A stretch of 63,953 nt of DNA, counting the filler, from Thelocarpon superellum (lineage: Eukaryota), in NCBI GenBank assembly GCA_026025795.1. It is 3 parts of 3 records of this genome, joined end to end, with 100 filler letters (N's around TTAATTAATTAA, not from the genome) between each part and the next. Parts side by side here need not be neighbours in the genome. Positions count along the whole stretch, not along the records: positions 24,964 to 49,521 come from JAPEUG010000272.1; positions 49,622 to 63,953 come from JAPEUG010000432.1; 1 more part is not named here. One strand, given 5' to 3'. The translations under genes were made by a program, and so were the position numbers. Under the pieces are notes generated by a model that was given only the letters and a program-made list of their open reading frames with translations, was not told where the DNA came from and did not search any database. Below, piece by piece: positions 48,650 through 62,187 of this stretch (the first letter of the stretch is position 1; each line of letters begins with the position of its first letter).

Positions 48650-49521
48650 TGTGTGTCAGTAGTAAGTGTCGAGTTGGCTAGATTTCAACTCGGCGACCCT
48701 CGTCTATCTCACGTGATGTTGGCAGTATTTTGTTTGCTATCGGCTAGCCCCGCAAGCGGTAATGACGGTACGGCACGGCAAAAAAGGTGGTGCCAGTCCT
48801 TGAAATCAGCGAACGAGATGAAGGGTCACCCACGATTATGACAGAGGTAGCCTGTTGGCATGCACTCTTGGCTATGTGTTCCGATCGCGAGGATCTGAAG
48901 CCATGTCTGGGTGAAGAATGGTAGGGAGGAATGACGGCCATGATTTGTTCATCGACAAGCCCTCCGTGACTTCCACAACCTTACAGAGGTGCTTCGCTAC
49001 CCCTGGGCGTGTCCGCCACGGAACGCAGGCGCTCAGGGACCGTGCAGTCCGTGGTGGCGTCACTCCCTACGGTCCTCGACGGCACTAGCGGAGGCCCGTC
49101 AGCAGCGCGGGGCCACGACTCCCTAGTAACTTACCGGGGCTGCGAGCTCCGTACCTGGACGAGTACGAGTACAAATAATGAATGCTGTACGGGTGTGAGA
49201 AGTCACAGGGAGACCTGCGTCTGGGAGCTACGTTGCCACCGCCTCCCCTCCGACCTTCTGCTTCCACTCATTCCTTGGCTGCCCCGACGCGTCCACCCAG
49301 CGAAAAGCGAAATCAGCCAGCCTTCCTGTCGCTCGTCTCGAGTGGGCGACTGAGTCTAGACGGAACTTGAGAGGAACACGCATGAGCGTGTCCCCGCGCA
49401 TGACTCGCCCGTGGGGGAGCTGGGCTGTCTGGCGCTTCCTGCTCGGCTCCAGGACCGAGCACCTTCTCGTGGGTGGGCTCCCTGTCCGCCCATGGGCGGA
49501 GGCGAAGAGCAATTTCCGTTC

Positions 49522-49621
49522 NNNNNNNNNNNNNNNNNNNNNNNNNNNNNNNNNNNNNNNNNNNNTTAATTAATTAANNNNNNNNNNNNNNNNNNNNNNN
49601 NNNNNNNNNNNNNNNNNNNNN
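49522..49621. other. Artificial contig-joining linker (assembly gap)
   Basis: 44 N + TTAATTAATTAA + 44 N, 100 bp. Confidence 0.97.
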
Positions 49622-49717
49622 CCTTGCCTAGAGAAGATTTCATCTCCTACAAGGATGAAAGACTCTGCCTCCAAGTGACATCTTTTCCGACAAGTCGGCA
49701 CAGATGATTCTTCCCCT

Positions 49718-49762
49718 CTCCTCCCTTTCCCCCTCCTCCCTTTCCCCCTCCTCCCTTTCCCC
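49718..49762 (+). repeat. Polypyrimidine tandem repeat (CTCCTCCCTTTCCCC)x3
   Basis: Three perfect 15-bp units read directly. Confidence 0.85.
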
Positions 49763-50917
49763 CGCGCATACGTAAGATTGGCGAGGAGATCATGAAGATA
49801 GGCGACAGCACACCGATCACCGTTTCACTGCGCGTGCAAGACGGTGCACGGCGCCCCGGGATGAACTACATCAGCAGATCGTCATGTCTCGCGAGGTTTG
49901 TCTCCAGAGAGCTAGGATCTCGTTCTATCTCGCCTGCAGGTATTGGCGGGGGGACGGGGGTGGCGGGGCAAAGCAGGGACGCCTCGTTACCGTCTCTTAC
50001 TTGCTCGCGCCCCGACCTTTCCGTCTCCCCCGTGCTTGTTCATCGCTTGCTATTTGATTCTGCAAAAAGCGAACCTTTCGGTGGTGGATGGCGCATCTTT
50101 CTGGGGAAATGGTAGGAGTACCAGTCACTTCTCGAGTAAATGGGGGAACAAGATTTTCCGCCTGGCCCGATGAAGTCGCTTTGACAGAGGTAATCCCATT
50201 AGTCACATCAGGCCCGAGGACCCTGATCATTTCTCCGCATGCAAGGGAATCAACACTTGTCGGGATCCTGCGGATGCACAGGTCGGGGTCCCTGGTCTGG
50301 CATGGCATCTGTCATAGGTGGGATGGTCGGGTCGAATGCATTCACTCGTGCAGTAGGAAGACGGTCGACTAATCGCGTCACTGCCACCGCTGCGACTAGT
50401 GAGTGGCACGGTGATGAGAGCGGCTACGGTCTGAGCGGGCAGGTACTGGAGGATGAGCTGGGTATCGCCGCATCGGACCAGTCAAATATGCCATTGAGTC
50501 TGAGGCTAGACGGTCTTGTCTTCCATTGATAAACAGCTGCAGTGGCGCTAGCGAGCATTCTCGTAGTTTGCGACGGGTCGTTTTCTTCATCAGGTCATAT
50601 TTTGCGCACCACCAGGTGCATGTCATCCCTCATGTCATCCCTCACGTCATTCCGCCTGCCCCTCCCCACCTCACCCTTCCGCGCTGCTCTTTGGGTGGGG
50701 GCGCCCTGCGAGTTCGGCGGATCGTGACGGGGTGGTCGCTGTCGACCGGGCGGGCATCCGGCGCCACTACCGGTATTGTGCTGTCATCCGATATCCACTA
50801 ACCGAAAGCTATACCGCGCAAGGATCTAGAGATCGAAGCGGCCAAGCGGAGCCATCGATCGTGAAGACGACCGCCTAATGCCCGTGCGCTATGTTAGCCC
50901 CTCGGTGTGTACACCGC

Positions 50918-53209
50918 CTATGCCTCTGAATAAAACCACGGCCGTCGTGAGCCGTAGAGCTCAGCGGGAATTCGCAATGGCACGGGCACGCGACCCATGA
51001 AGACGTCCATTCCGATGACGCCTCCGGCTCCGGCCGCATCGTCAGGAAGATCAGGCGACGGGACAGACGCCGGGATTATGACACCGCATTCCCAGTTGCG
51101 GCAATTCAATCGCGGTTGCTTCGTCGTCTTGTCTTTCACCAGTCGGCCCCTGCAGAGGCAATTCCCGTCAGTTACCGCTGCTCCTTTGGACCCATGCACC
51201 GAAAGGGCAAAGACGCACCACGCGCTTTCGGAGATATTAGCGCTGCCGACATAGGCCCACGCTCTGCGCAGTCCCTCTCTGGGTTCCATTTTCTTCGGCC
51301 GGGCAAAGAGCATCTACCGGTGCTTTTAGTACGGATCTAATCGTGGATCCGCTGGTGCTACTGGACTGGCCCCTTACCTTGCTGTGCATGAGCAAGCCGG
51401 CGCGTCGGCTCTGAGCATCGCGGAAGAGTGTTCGTGGAAACGACGGGGCGTCATACCACTTGGGATGCAGACAGATCGTGCCGCCCACCTGCGACGTCAA
51501 GTTGAGAGACCGTGGGTCACCACGCTCGGGGCTAACGTGCACTTACCGCTGTACCACCGCGACTTCGTACCACCGTGTCTCGCGTTGGAAAGTAGATGCG
51601 GAAATCGGTCCTCATTCGCGTAAGGACCTCGGCTTCCCTGGGGGCATGGAGCTCTTCGCTGGGAGCCCCTTTTTGGCGTCGAGGCTGGGGTTGCACGGGA
51701 TTTCTCCAAGAGTACTCCGTTAGAGGGTCGTTTCCTGTGGCCTTGGATGAGAAGATGATATCATAATGAAGATATTTGACGTACCATGCGCCGCAAGAAA
51801 GATCGTCGAAAGGAACTGCTCATTCAACGATCCTATCGACGAGGCCTGCTTGCATTTAGTCTCGGCCGGTCAAGCGTGACTCATGAGCAGACGAACGACA
51901 AAGTCCACCATCACGTCGCCATTCTGGTGCAAACCCAAAGTACGAATTGCAGTACTCAGGCCGCAGTATCCCGTGCGCTTCCATTGCTCGCCTGGATGAA
52001 TGCCACCACTGTCTTGGGTCAATGCCGAGCTCTTGTGTTCAGGCGGCTCGGGGGTGCTCACATGGAATGCACAAAGGCGATTTCGGTTGTAGCAGAGAAA
52101 TCGAACCTCAGGACATTGTCGATGATGCTTTTGGAAAGACCCATGGCTTCCAGGAAGTAGATCAATTCCTTGCCAAAGAAGGTCAAATGTTCCTTGGAGA
52201 TGGGGGCGCCGTCGGGCCGGCGAGGTAGGTCCACGAGAAAGACCACCTGCACGCATTCAGCCTGCGAGGGCCAGAGTCGGTGGACAAGGGGACAACGGAC
52301 GTTTTCCATGACCCCTCCATTCTCGCCCCAGTCGTAAGTAATCAGATTGGCACTGGGTACGGCGATGCGAAGGTAGTCTTGGTGGAAGAGTAGCTGAAGC
52401 TTGGAGTGCATGCAATTGACATTGCCTGCCATGGACGGAAAGCAGAGACGCAGATTGGGCATGTTCATCGTCTCGGTACGATACTGAGCTTTCTTGACAA
52501 AAGTTGTCAGCTCGATAGCGTCTGATGCTCATCTACGCGGGAAATGTACCGTTACTTCGTCCTTGGCCTGCATCACAAAGACCATCTCCGTCCTGTTCAG
52601 GTCGAGTTTGCGAAGCAGCCATTCAACGTCCCACTGAAAGGAGCTGAGCACCGCGAGCTTGAGGTCGTCCTTCTGCAGCACTTCCTCGATTTTGATATCT
52701 TGATCTCTCGCGAATCCAAAGGCCCAGGTCTTCAGGACGACGCCTGTGGGGAATTGAATTCCAGGCCGGGAGCAGGGCACCAAAGTGGACCCGATCGTTG
52801 CTGAGGAGCATTGTGGCTTCACCCTCGCACCGTTTGCCGTTCGGGAAGACGACGCTTCAACGGGCTTCTCGAGGCGGCCTCGTCGTGAAGGCGGAGGAGA
52901 GATGGACGAGGACATGGAAGCCTTTCTCTTTAATCTCGTCAACCGCTCCTCTTCCATCTTCTTCCGGTCGAGGCCCCTTAAGATGCCATTGGATGAGTGT
53001 GTGGGGGGTTGTTCGTCTGTCATCATCGACGGCGTTACCGTGTTGCGGGCGGGTTTGGGATCCGCGGCCTCATCTTCGCTCTCCGTCGACTCGTCGATGA
53101 CAATCAGACTCTTCTTATCTTGAAGATATGGCGATGATTCGGGCTTCAGCGACAATGCAATGGCCTCTGCTAGCTGTTGCTGAAAGTCATCCTCGTTATC
53201 GGACGCCAT
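50918..53209 (-). CDS. Tyrosyl-DNA phosphodiesterase (Tdp1/PLD superfamily) with an N-terminal UIM-like motif, multi-exon
   Basis: EDDFQQQLAEAIALSL (UIM-like), LAVLSSFQWD, first catalytic motif CMHSKLQLL..RIAVPSANL, second LMHSK/MLF..WAYVGSANISESAW/GRL, CRNWECGV. Confidence 0.9.
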
Positions 53210-53929
53210 TAGACTCGCCTTTGAGCTCGAGTGATCACGCCAAACACTCATCGGCAAGACGGACGAGTAGGTTCAGATGTGCCGAGTGCCGAGAGTGTCC
53301 ATCTTTCTCCTACGAAGTACCGATCTGATCTCTTCATTACCGACTTCTCAACACCATCCATGCGTTGAGAAAGTGGCATGGACTGCTGGACTGGGCGTGG
53401 AATACGAAGACCAAACGCGAAACTCACGAGAACTGCGCTCTCACGTGATGGCGCGAGTCCCGGGGCACCCCGGCGAGCTCCCCGGTCGTGAGATCTGTGG
53501 AATCAGATCTCGCTAACTAATGGTTAGCTGCAGACGGGCAGATGTGAGGATGCTGGCACGAGTACTCGCCCCATCGATCTATTTGAGTTCGAGTCAGCTC
53601 CGGTCATTGGCGTGGCCAGTCCGGCGGGCTCAAAGTAAGACGTCACGACCTGCGTTCAGCTTCGGTGGCGCCAAGTAGTGTGGCTTACCTTGCTACTTCG
53701 GCCTAGGCCGGTGGTTTGCTTGGACTAAGGCAGGCAGACACCCAAGTGAAAGCGTCATCATTTTCGGCGTCGCTCGCGATGCATTGAACCACTATCCTGA
53801 TCATCACTACTCTTCCCACGCCTACAGTGCTTTCCCTCGCATCTGTTCAGCAGGAGTCGACATAGAGAGCTTGCTTATTCCTTAGGGAGGAATATCCGAT
53901 CGGGGACAGCCACAGAGCAGAGGGCAGTC

Positions 53930-55780
53930 ATGTCGTCGAACGGGCTGATCAAGGATGGCAGAAAGCATGTGGTGATTGTTGGAGCTGGGGCGGCAGGCAT
54001 GGTTGTGCCCCTTGTGGCGTGATCTCCAGCCTCACCAAGCTGATCTTGTGTAGTCCTGTGCCCACTCGCTGGCCCAACATCCCGACTCTTACAAAGTCAC
54101 GCTGATTGAGCGGAATGGCGTGACAGGCGGGCAAGCCACGTCGATCTCTCTCGACAAGGGGAAGTACGGCACGTCGTGGCTGAATGATGGCGTGCAAGGC
54201 GGGTCGCCTGCATTCAAACACACGCTCCATCTCTTCAAAAAGTACGGGCACGAAGCGCAGGAGGTTAAACTCCAGGTGTCGTTTGGAAAGGGCAAGGACG
54301 GGTTCTGGACCAACTGCTTTCCCAGCACGTTAGTGGAGCGTTTCTCCGGCGACATCAAGAAGTTCGGGCGCGTACTCAAGATCATCAAATGGACCTTGCC
54401 AGTGCTGGGGTTGATCCCAATTCGCATCATGTTGCGCATGTTCTTCTTCAGCAAAGAGTTCGGGGACAAGATGGTCTATCCTCTGATCGCCCTCTTTCTC
54501 GGGACAGGTGAACTGGTCTTCGACACATACCTAGGACGAAAGACTGACACGCCCTGACAGGCAACCAGACGGCAAACGTGTCCTGTGCCATCCTCGAGCG
54601 ACTCTTCGACGACCCCAACATGAAGCTGTGGGATTACGATCCCGACACGCTCCTTCCGAACCTCCCAAGGATGGTGACATTTCCGCAACTGGACAAGTTC
54701 TACGGGGATTGGGCCGCGGACCTACGGTCGAAGGGGGTCGACATTCGATTGAATACGGAGGTGAGCACGATTGTCAGTCGCGGCAAGGACGGCATCGTGC
54801 TGCAGACGCAAGCCTCGGAAGCAAATCCAGGCTCGACTCGCGCCCTTAGGACAGAAACCTACGACGACCTGGTCATGGCCGTGCTGGCAGACGACGCGCT
54901 GCGCCTTCTCGGAAAGACCGCTACGTGGCGCGAGCGCTTCGTGTTGGGCGGGGCACGGTTCTACGACGACGTGACCATCACGCACTCGGACAGCGAGTAC
55001 TTCAACAAGATCTACGAGACGGAATTCAAAGAGGAACTGTGCGCAGAGCCCACGTCGGCCGCGCAAGAAGCCCAGATCCGCTTCTCGACCAACCGGGAGC
55101 GTGGCCCGGACGGCGAACCGGGCGGGTACAGACCGATGTACTACACGCACACGTACGCGTCTGATCCCAAAAAGATCGAGATGTCATTCGACTGCACGAA
55201 CTACCAGCACCAGTTCCGGTCTCCTTTACCATCCTCATCTCCATCTTTATCTCCATCTCCAGCTCCAGCTCCATCGCCATCTACTTCATCTCCCGTCTCA
55301 ACAGGGAGAGAGGAAGGGAGAGGAAGAGGCAGAGGGGGAGGAGAGAAAGAGCACGTCTACCAGACGATATTCCTCGACAAGACCTCCTCCGCGCTGTGGA
55401 CGCAAGACGAGATCCGCCCGGACAAAATCATCCTCGAGAAATGGTGGCACCAGCTCGGCCACCGATGGCAACACTACGTCCGCGTCGTGCCGGGCATGAT
55501 GTTCGTCAACGGGCGATCTCACAAACGCACCTTGTTCGCTGGGAGCTGGACGGTCGTGAACATGCACGAACTGGCGTGTGTTAGTGGTATGGTGGCCGCG
55601 TATCGTCTGGGCGCCGACTATGAGCGGTTGGAGGAGGAGGGGGACGACGAGGGCGAGGGCGAGGGCGGGGGCTTTGCGGAAGACTTCTTTAAAAAGGTGC
55701 TCCTGCTTTCTCATGCGTCTAGGTATACCGGCCCGTCCCAGCTGAAGCGGCGGAAGGCAATGGGACTAGAGCGGAAGTAG
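53930..55780 (+). CDS. FAD/NAD(P)-binding oxidoreductase (flavin amine-oxidase-like), 3 exons
   Basis: KHVVIVGAGAAGM/SCAHSLAQHP..VTLIERNGVTGGQATS; introns ~54002-54053 and 54508-54560; C-terminal LFAGSWTVVNMHELACVSGMVAAYRLGADY. Confidence 0.88.
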
Positions 55781-55921
55781 AGACACCTCTTCTTCCCCAG
55801 GTAAGGACATATATATATACATATGTGAATGTGAACGTGAACGTGAACGTAAAAGGGGACGGTAAGAGAAGATACGATGAAGCTACCAGAGTCACTTAGA
55901 TCAACTCCCTTGTCCCAATTT

Positions 55922-56213
55922 TCACCCCAGCACCTCCTCCTGCGCCGTCCACTCCATGTCGAGAGCAAAGCCAGAATGATCGTGATCGGGATCATTTTCT
56001 ATTCCAAAGAGATCCGACGCCGGTCCCAAGTCTGCATCAATCTTCTCGTCGTCGTCATCCAAGCCGTTCCCTGAGCCCGATGCAGATGCAGATGCAGATG
56101 CAGATGCAGCGCCGAAGAGCGGACTGGGATCGTCGGCACCGTCGAGATCGACCAGGTCGTTGAAGTCGCGCGTCATGCTTTCTTCCTGCACTTGATGATA
56201 TAGTGACTGCTGC

Positions 56214-56248
<35 letters not shown>

Positions 56249-58942
56249 TTGGCGCAGCTGGTGCAGGTGCATCGACGAGAGTAACGAATCGGAGGCCGCG
56301 TCGTAGCTTGGTGCCGAGAAGGTCGTCCCTGTCGTCGTGGATCGCGTGTCGCTCTCGTAGAGATCCGAGGACGGTGGCGTATTGGCCAAGAAGCCCGTGA
56401 GCCGCTTGGCGAGGTCAAGCTCCAGGTGCGTCGACGTGTGGCTCGAGGCTTGGCTGGCCGCGTGGCTGATGTCGCCGATGCTGCCCGACAGGCTGGACGA
56501 GCCCGACGTCGGCGCGCTGGTGGTGTAGTCGGGCGGCGGCGTCAGCTGCGCATCCTGCGTCATGCTGGAAGCCATGCCAAAGCGCTGTCGACCAATCTTG
56601 AGCAGTTCCGCCAGACTCGCAACGCGGTGTTGCCGGCCGTTGGGCGCAATCGTGAAGTGAAGCTCGGCCTTGCGCACCGCCGCTTCCAGAAAGTGCATGG
56701 CAAAGTCAGCGGCGGGATAAACGTCCGACAGCTGCTGCATGATCTGCATGCACCGGCAGAATTGCTGCAGGCTCGCGTACCGCGACTCGTCCTCCGCGTA
56801 CTTGATGCTCATGAGGTGCGCCACGATCGCGGGCAGGATGACCGAGACGCCCGTGCTGGGCAGGTAGCGGATGAGATCCAGATCCTGCAGGTTGTATGCG
56901 ATCCGGGTGATCTCCGTCGCCGAGTGGATCACCTTTCGTCGCGCCGCATCCTCCACCGGCGTGTCTTGCCCCGCCCCGCGCCACATGTTCGGCCCACAGG
57001 GCAGGGCCTGAGGGCGGTGTAGTGCGCTGACGATGGTGTGGTAGAGTAAGTAGAGGAGCGATCGATGCACGTGGAGGATGCTTCGTTGCACCAGATCCGG
57101 CTTCAGCGGGCCCCGGGGCGAGGCCTCTTGTGGGAGGCTCTCATACCACCGCTGCAGCGCCGCGTCGCACCGTCGTACCTCGTCCGAGGCCGGGTTCAGC
57201 TTGTTCGGCGACAAGATCATCGTCGTCGTCGTATGCCCGTCGGCGGTGGCGAAGCCCTGGTTCTGCACCAGCACCGAGTACTGCGTCGAGAGAACTTGGC
57301 TGATGCAGACCGAGAGCTTGACCTTTTCGACGCACAGCACCGCCAAGTGCCGTTGCATGCCGAGGTCGCGAATGACGCCGCAGTCGGCAGACAGACAGGT
57401 GAGGCCCTCGGGCACGCCGTCAAACGTAAAGTCGTTGAGCGAGAGCATGGGCACATCATAGTCGTCCGCCTTGATCCGCGTCGGCCGCCTCATGCCAAGC
57501 GCCACGAGGCGATCCCGCATGAAGCAGCACCACCAGATCCGCTTCCAAAGACGCTTCGTCTTGACTTCAAGCTTGGAGCGCTCGGGATTCCGATGCAGGC
57601 CGATGGTAAAGGAAAGGGAGATGGCGATGCCGATCCAGTGCCACGTATCCTTCTGATTGTCCGGGCTTTCGTACCAGTACGTCATGAGCAGCAAGGCCTG
57701 GACGAGCGTGACGCGATCGACCTCGTATTCAAAGTCATAAAGCAGCTGGGTGACCATGAGCATCGCATCGCATCGCCTCGCATCCGCATGGGTCAGGAGC
57801 GCCTACCTTGGCCTTTCGGTAGAGGGCCTTCCGCGCCCCTTTTCGAGTCGTGTAGCCGGCCTCGCGAAGGTACTTCATGTCCACGAAGGCCGAGCCAGCG
57901 AACATGATGGCCTGAATCAACAGCAGACTGGTCCGTCCGCGCGCGCCATCGCCCTCGATGGTGGTGAGAAGATCGGCGAGGTCGAGCAAGGGCAGAAAGG
58001 GGTGAACGTATTCGACGTAGCTCCGCAACAAGGCGTTCCGCAGGGCCGGAGCGGGCACGTCCAGCGCACCCTTCCGTCGCAGGAAGAACTCGTCATCGGG
58101 CGTGATGCGCGATGGCAGCGCCCGGACGTAGGGTGGGACGCCGGTGTCGGAGTGGGGCCGGTGTAGGTCGTTCGGATTGAAGCACAGCGCGGAGCTTGGC
58201 GCGGGCGAAGGGTAGGTGATGTGTGGCGGCAACGATGGGTGCAGGAAGGGCCGGAAGGACGCCGGGCTGGCTTGCTGCTGGCTCATGCGACGACATTGAT
58301 TCTGGTCTGACCTCGGGTCAACGCGACCCCTTTGCGCAACGGAGAGGTACCTACAGATGAGATGTGGCACGTGCTGATCCGGGGTCTGATCCAGGATGCT
58401 CGCAAACGAGGCCTGCGACGGAGAGAGGGCGGCGTCTTCCTCGACCATGTCCGCCGTTGCGGCGACGGTGACGTGGGGACGGGATGGAACGTGCGCCGCT
58501 GCATGGCTGACAATGGCAGCGGCATTTGACGGTTGTGAGGCTCGTGAAGCATCCAGATCCTGACTCCAGCCCCGTCTGTCAAGCGTTGACATGTGAATTA
58601 GCCCCCGCACCGCCCATGATTGTAGTCGAGGCGACAGGCACAACACGAAGACTTGACGGATCAATGGGGAAGGCCGACTCACTTTCGACGTTTGCTCTCG
58701 CTCACGACGCAATTGACATCGTCCAGCCTGCAATTGGTGCACGGGGCACCATGCTCGACGACGTCGCAGCGGACCTTGCGCGAGCGACAACACTGACATG
58801 CCTTGGAGGCTCGGCGCTTCACCGTCCGCGCTGCCCCTGCTGAGCCATTGGCTCCCGTGCCGGGCCCTTGGGGTCGGCGTTGTTTCAAGGCCTCGTGCGA
58901 GTCGGACGACGAGCCGGCCCGGGCATGACTGGAGGCAACCAT
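55922..58942 (-). CDS. Zn(II)2Cys6 transcription factor, Ctf1-beta/FarB-like, about 4 exons (start codon uncertain)
   Basis: KRRASKACQCCRSRKVRCDVVEHGAPCTNCRLDDVNCVVSESKRRK; Fungal_trans region LLRSYVEYVHPFLPLL..LLYDFEYEVDRVTLVQALLLMTYWYESPDNQKDTWHWIGIAISL..LWKRIWWCCFMRDRLVALGMRRP. Confidence 0.9.
56207..56251 (-). repeat. CAG/CAA trinucleotide repeat encoding poly-Gln in the transcription factor C-terminus
   Basis: (CTG)n on the plus strand; translates QQQQQQQQQQQQRQQ. Confidence 0.9.
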
Positions 58943-60673
58943 GACGAGGATGGTGAGGGTGGGGGTGCAGGACAGACGCCACAAAGCTCACCAGTCATGG
59001 AAGAGGACGTGCGAGGGGGGGAGCCATGAGGAGCAGGCATGATTAAGTAGTAGCTCGACACCAGCAGCAACAGCAGCACTGGCCCTGGCGGATCAGGGAG
59101 GGCGGATCACGGACACGAGCCACAGTGTGGGGGAAGGAGGAGAAGGAGACGATGCAACAGCCCGTTATGTCATGCTAGTGTCAGGGAAGGACCAAGACTG
59201 CATGAAAACATGTGCGCCACCAAGCAGGGCCAGGGAGCTTCCCCACACAACCCGCTTTCCAATCATGCGCCGCTTTGGTGCCAAGGGTGTCTGGCTGGCT
59301 GGGCAGGAGGAATGTGGGGTGGGAGACGGACGCGTCCGTGCCAGGTCCTGGAACGTCGAGCACTTACCGCTACGGGCCATAGTCGAGCTCGGACGAGTGG
59401 CATCGGCCTTACGCCTGGCCGTGGCGATGCCGTTGCACCAATGGTGACGGCGGGATCAGGAGCCAGGTCGGGCTGGAGAATGCTCCGTTGGGCCTAGAGG
59501 GAGGCGCGACGACGCAAGAATCACGAGATGGCACCGGCTTTTCCTCGACCCCGACCGGAGCCGTGGGCGAGGAGGTCGGGTAGCGTGGTGGTGGGAGGGG
59601 TCCGTCCAGCGTCAGGCCCCCAAACCAAGTCCCTGTAGACTACCGATCGACTACGAGGGCGAGTACCTGGAGCACCACTGACGCGACGTATTTTAGGTAG
59701 CAGGAAAGGTGGAAACGGGATGTGCGTCCAGGTAACCTCCTCCCTAGAGCCTGGCTCCAGGCTTAGCGGGTCGCTGGAGGGGCTCCCTAGCGCCCCGCTT
59801 CGCTGGGTCCGCCAGAGAAAAGGTCTCGGTAGATGAAGGGCTCTCTGGTGCCTCGTTAGCCACCTCCCCAGATGAGGATGTCGAGGTCCTTGCACCATTC
59901 GGCAGTGGTCCATCCAGGCAGGAGCACAAGGAGCTGACTCGCCCCAGTACCTGTCGCTCGAGTCTCACGGCGCCCGTGTCCCCGCCCGACGTGACTTGCT
60001 CGTGTCGTCCAGCCGGCACAATGGTCTGTCTGGCATCGTGATTGACTACGACGGGTTACTGCCACACGCGCTGCTCGCATCCATATCTGAGCCCATCCCA
60101 CACACGTCGTGCAATGGCCACCCGGCGTCCCTCGTGTTAGATCTACCATCTGACATCCACGTCCTTCCCCTCTGGATGAGACGAGTCTACAGACGAGAAG
60201 GCTGTCGGGTCGTTGATCTTTGTCTTTCTCCTCCTCGGCCACGACCTGCCCGACGCCATGCTGCATGGGCCGGACCAGCGGGGCCCTCTCTGGAACGTGC
60301 CCCATCATGGGTGGTCGTCACGTCTCACGCCCTGGTCCGCCCACCCCATCGGCAAGGTTAGCTCGTGCATCATGGACCGGGTACTTCCCTGATCGGTTCC
60401 ACCACCACGATGCAGACCGCGATCGCATCTCGTGGCGCGGGCCCCTCTCGGATCCATATCACAAGCACGGACGCGCCTGGACTTGCTTCATCCAGTGGTG
60501 GGGGTGGCGTCGTGGATCGCCAATCGAGTCAGCAGGCTATCCCGTCCTCTTATCGTCGCCGCTTAAGACTCATCATGATGCATCATGATGAAGGTCGTGC
60601 GGGTGCGACATGTGAACCTGGCTCATCTCGTCCACCTCACCATGCTTATCGATGACCGTGGCACAGTCAAGCC

Positions 60674-62187
60674 CTAGAGATCTCTCGATCCTCTATGCTT
60701 CGACCGAGCACGGACTGCATTCCGGTGCCGGCGACTTTCCATGTGCTTGGCCCAGTCCTCCTCCATCACCGTTGCAGTGCCACAGAGGTCACACCGTCGT
60801 ATACTCCGCCTCTCTCCTTCTTCTGGGACGACAAGCATGCTTTGACCTTCCACGGAGACGGAGGGTAAGCTTGGCGGCGACCCGCCTTGCAAAAATGCTT
60901 CGACGAGATCGCTGGCGGGCTGCACCACGTGCTCCGTCCAGCGTTCAAGGTCGCTCCCATCCAGCAGACACAGCCGCCTCGCCATCCCCGCCTCTGACAA
61001 CGCCTTGCACAGCCGGATCCGGATCCATCGCACCTGCCGTCTGGCGTATTGTCTCGTGGCCGCCTTTGTCCGCTCAATGGCCTGCTCTCTCAATGAGTCC
61101 AGCCGATCCTGGCCAACGCCTCCCTCCCGCAACGCTGAGACGTAATCGTGAAATTCTTTGTACCCGATGGCGATCCAGATGCCCCGCGTAAGGTCCACCG
61201 ATCGGGCTGCACCGTGATGGGGCCGTCGATATTCCTCGAGCTGCTGGACCTCGGCGAGTAATCCGACCTGCACCATGTCATCCACGCGCCGGTCGAGTCG
61301 TGTCTTCAGCACTTCCGCGTCTGCGTGGACCCAGAGGATCATGGTGGGACAGCGGACGCTGCTAATCCGATCGTCCGTCGAGGATTCGTGCGCGGTCGCA
61401 TCATCTCCCCTCTGGATCTGCCGTCGCTGGCGCTGCTCCTCATAGATATCCGAGGCCCGCCGACCTGTGGAGAGGTAGATCTCCAGGGACCGCTGAACCT
61501 TCCGACGATCGTTGGGATGCCATCGATCTGCCATGACTGGGTCGACTTCTCGCAGTCGCGAGAGAATCTGCTCCGTTGGCGCATTCAAGATGCTCTCCGC
61601 GTCCCACTCTTGCGTCGCTTCGGCTCCATCTTTGGCCGGCCCGTTCGACAAGAGTGCATCCTCGAAGAGCAGCGATTGCGTATAGTAGTGAGTTCCGCCG
61701 ACCAAGATGGGCAGCTTTCCACGACGACGTATCTCGTCGATCTGTTCCGGCGCGACGCAGTGTCAGGATCGATCCTTTCATGTCATGATCTAGATGGATC
61801 TCACCACACCGATGGCCTTTTGCGTAAAGACGTCGACGCGCCAGGGGGGCTCCTCTAATCCGACACATCCCAGTAGATGATGCGGAATCTTCCGGCGGTC
61901 CTCGGCCGCCATCTTGTTGGTGATGATGGGCAAGCCATCGTACATCTGGAGGGCATCGCCGTTGATGATCTCGCCGTCAAAGCGCGATGCCAATTCCACC
62001 GCCAGCTGATCATTGCTCTCTCCATCAGCTCTCCATCCGTTGCGCTGGCCTAGCTGAGTCGTACCTGCGATTTACCCGTCCCGGTTGCGCCCACGATGGC
62101 AATCAATGGTTGAGGTGGCGCGGTGCGTGGCGACATGGCCGTTGTGGCGTCCGCTCGGAGGAGGCGGCGGCTTGTCTGGCGGATCAT
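60674..62187 (-). CDS. mod5: tRNA dimethylallyltransferase (Mod5/MiaA), 3 exons
   Basis: LIAIVGATGTGKSQ/LAVELASRFDGEIINGDALQMYDGLPIITNK..IPHHLLG; VGGTHYYTQSLL; WHPNDRRKVQRSLEI; AIGYKEF; TRQYARRQVRW; C-terminal zinc finger CDLC..HMESRRH. Confidence 0.95.

Noticed and set aside
49629..49662. AGAGAAGATT..CCTACAAGGATGA resembling the U6/U6atac core
   Set aside because: Lacks the ACAGAGA box and the catalytic AGC triad, has no poly-T terminator and sits at a contig edge; better explained as a chance TTTCATC/GATGAAA hairpin. An Rfam scan would settle it.
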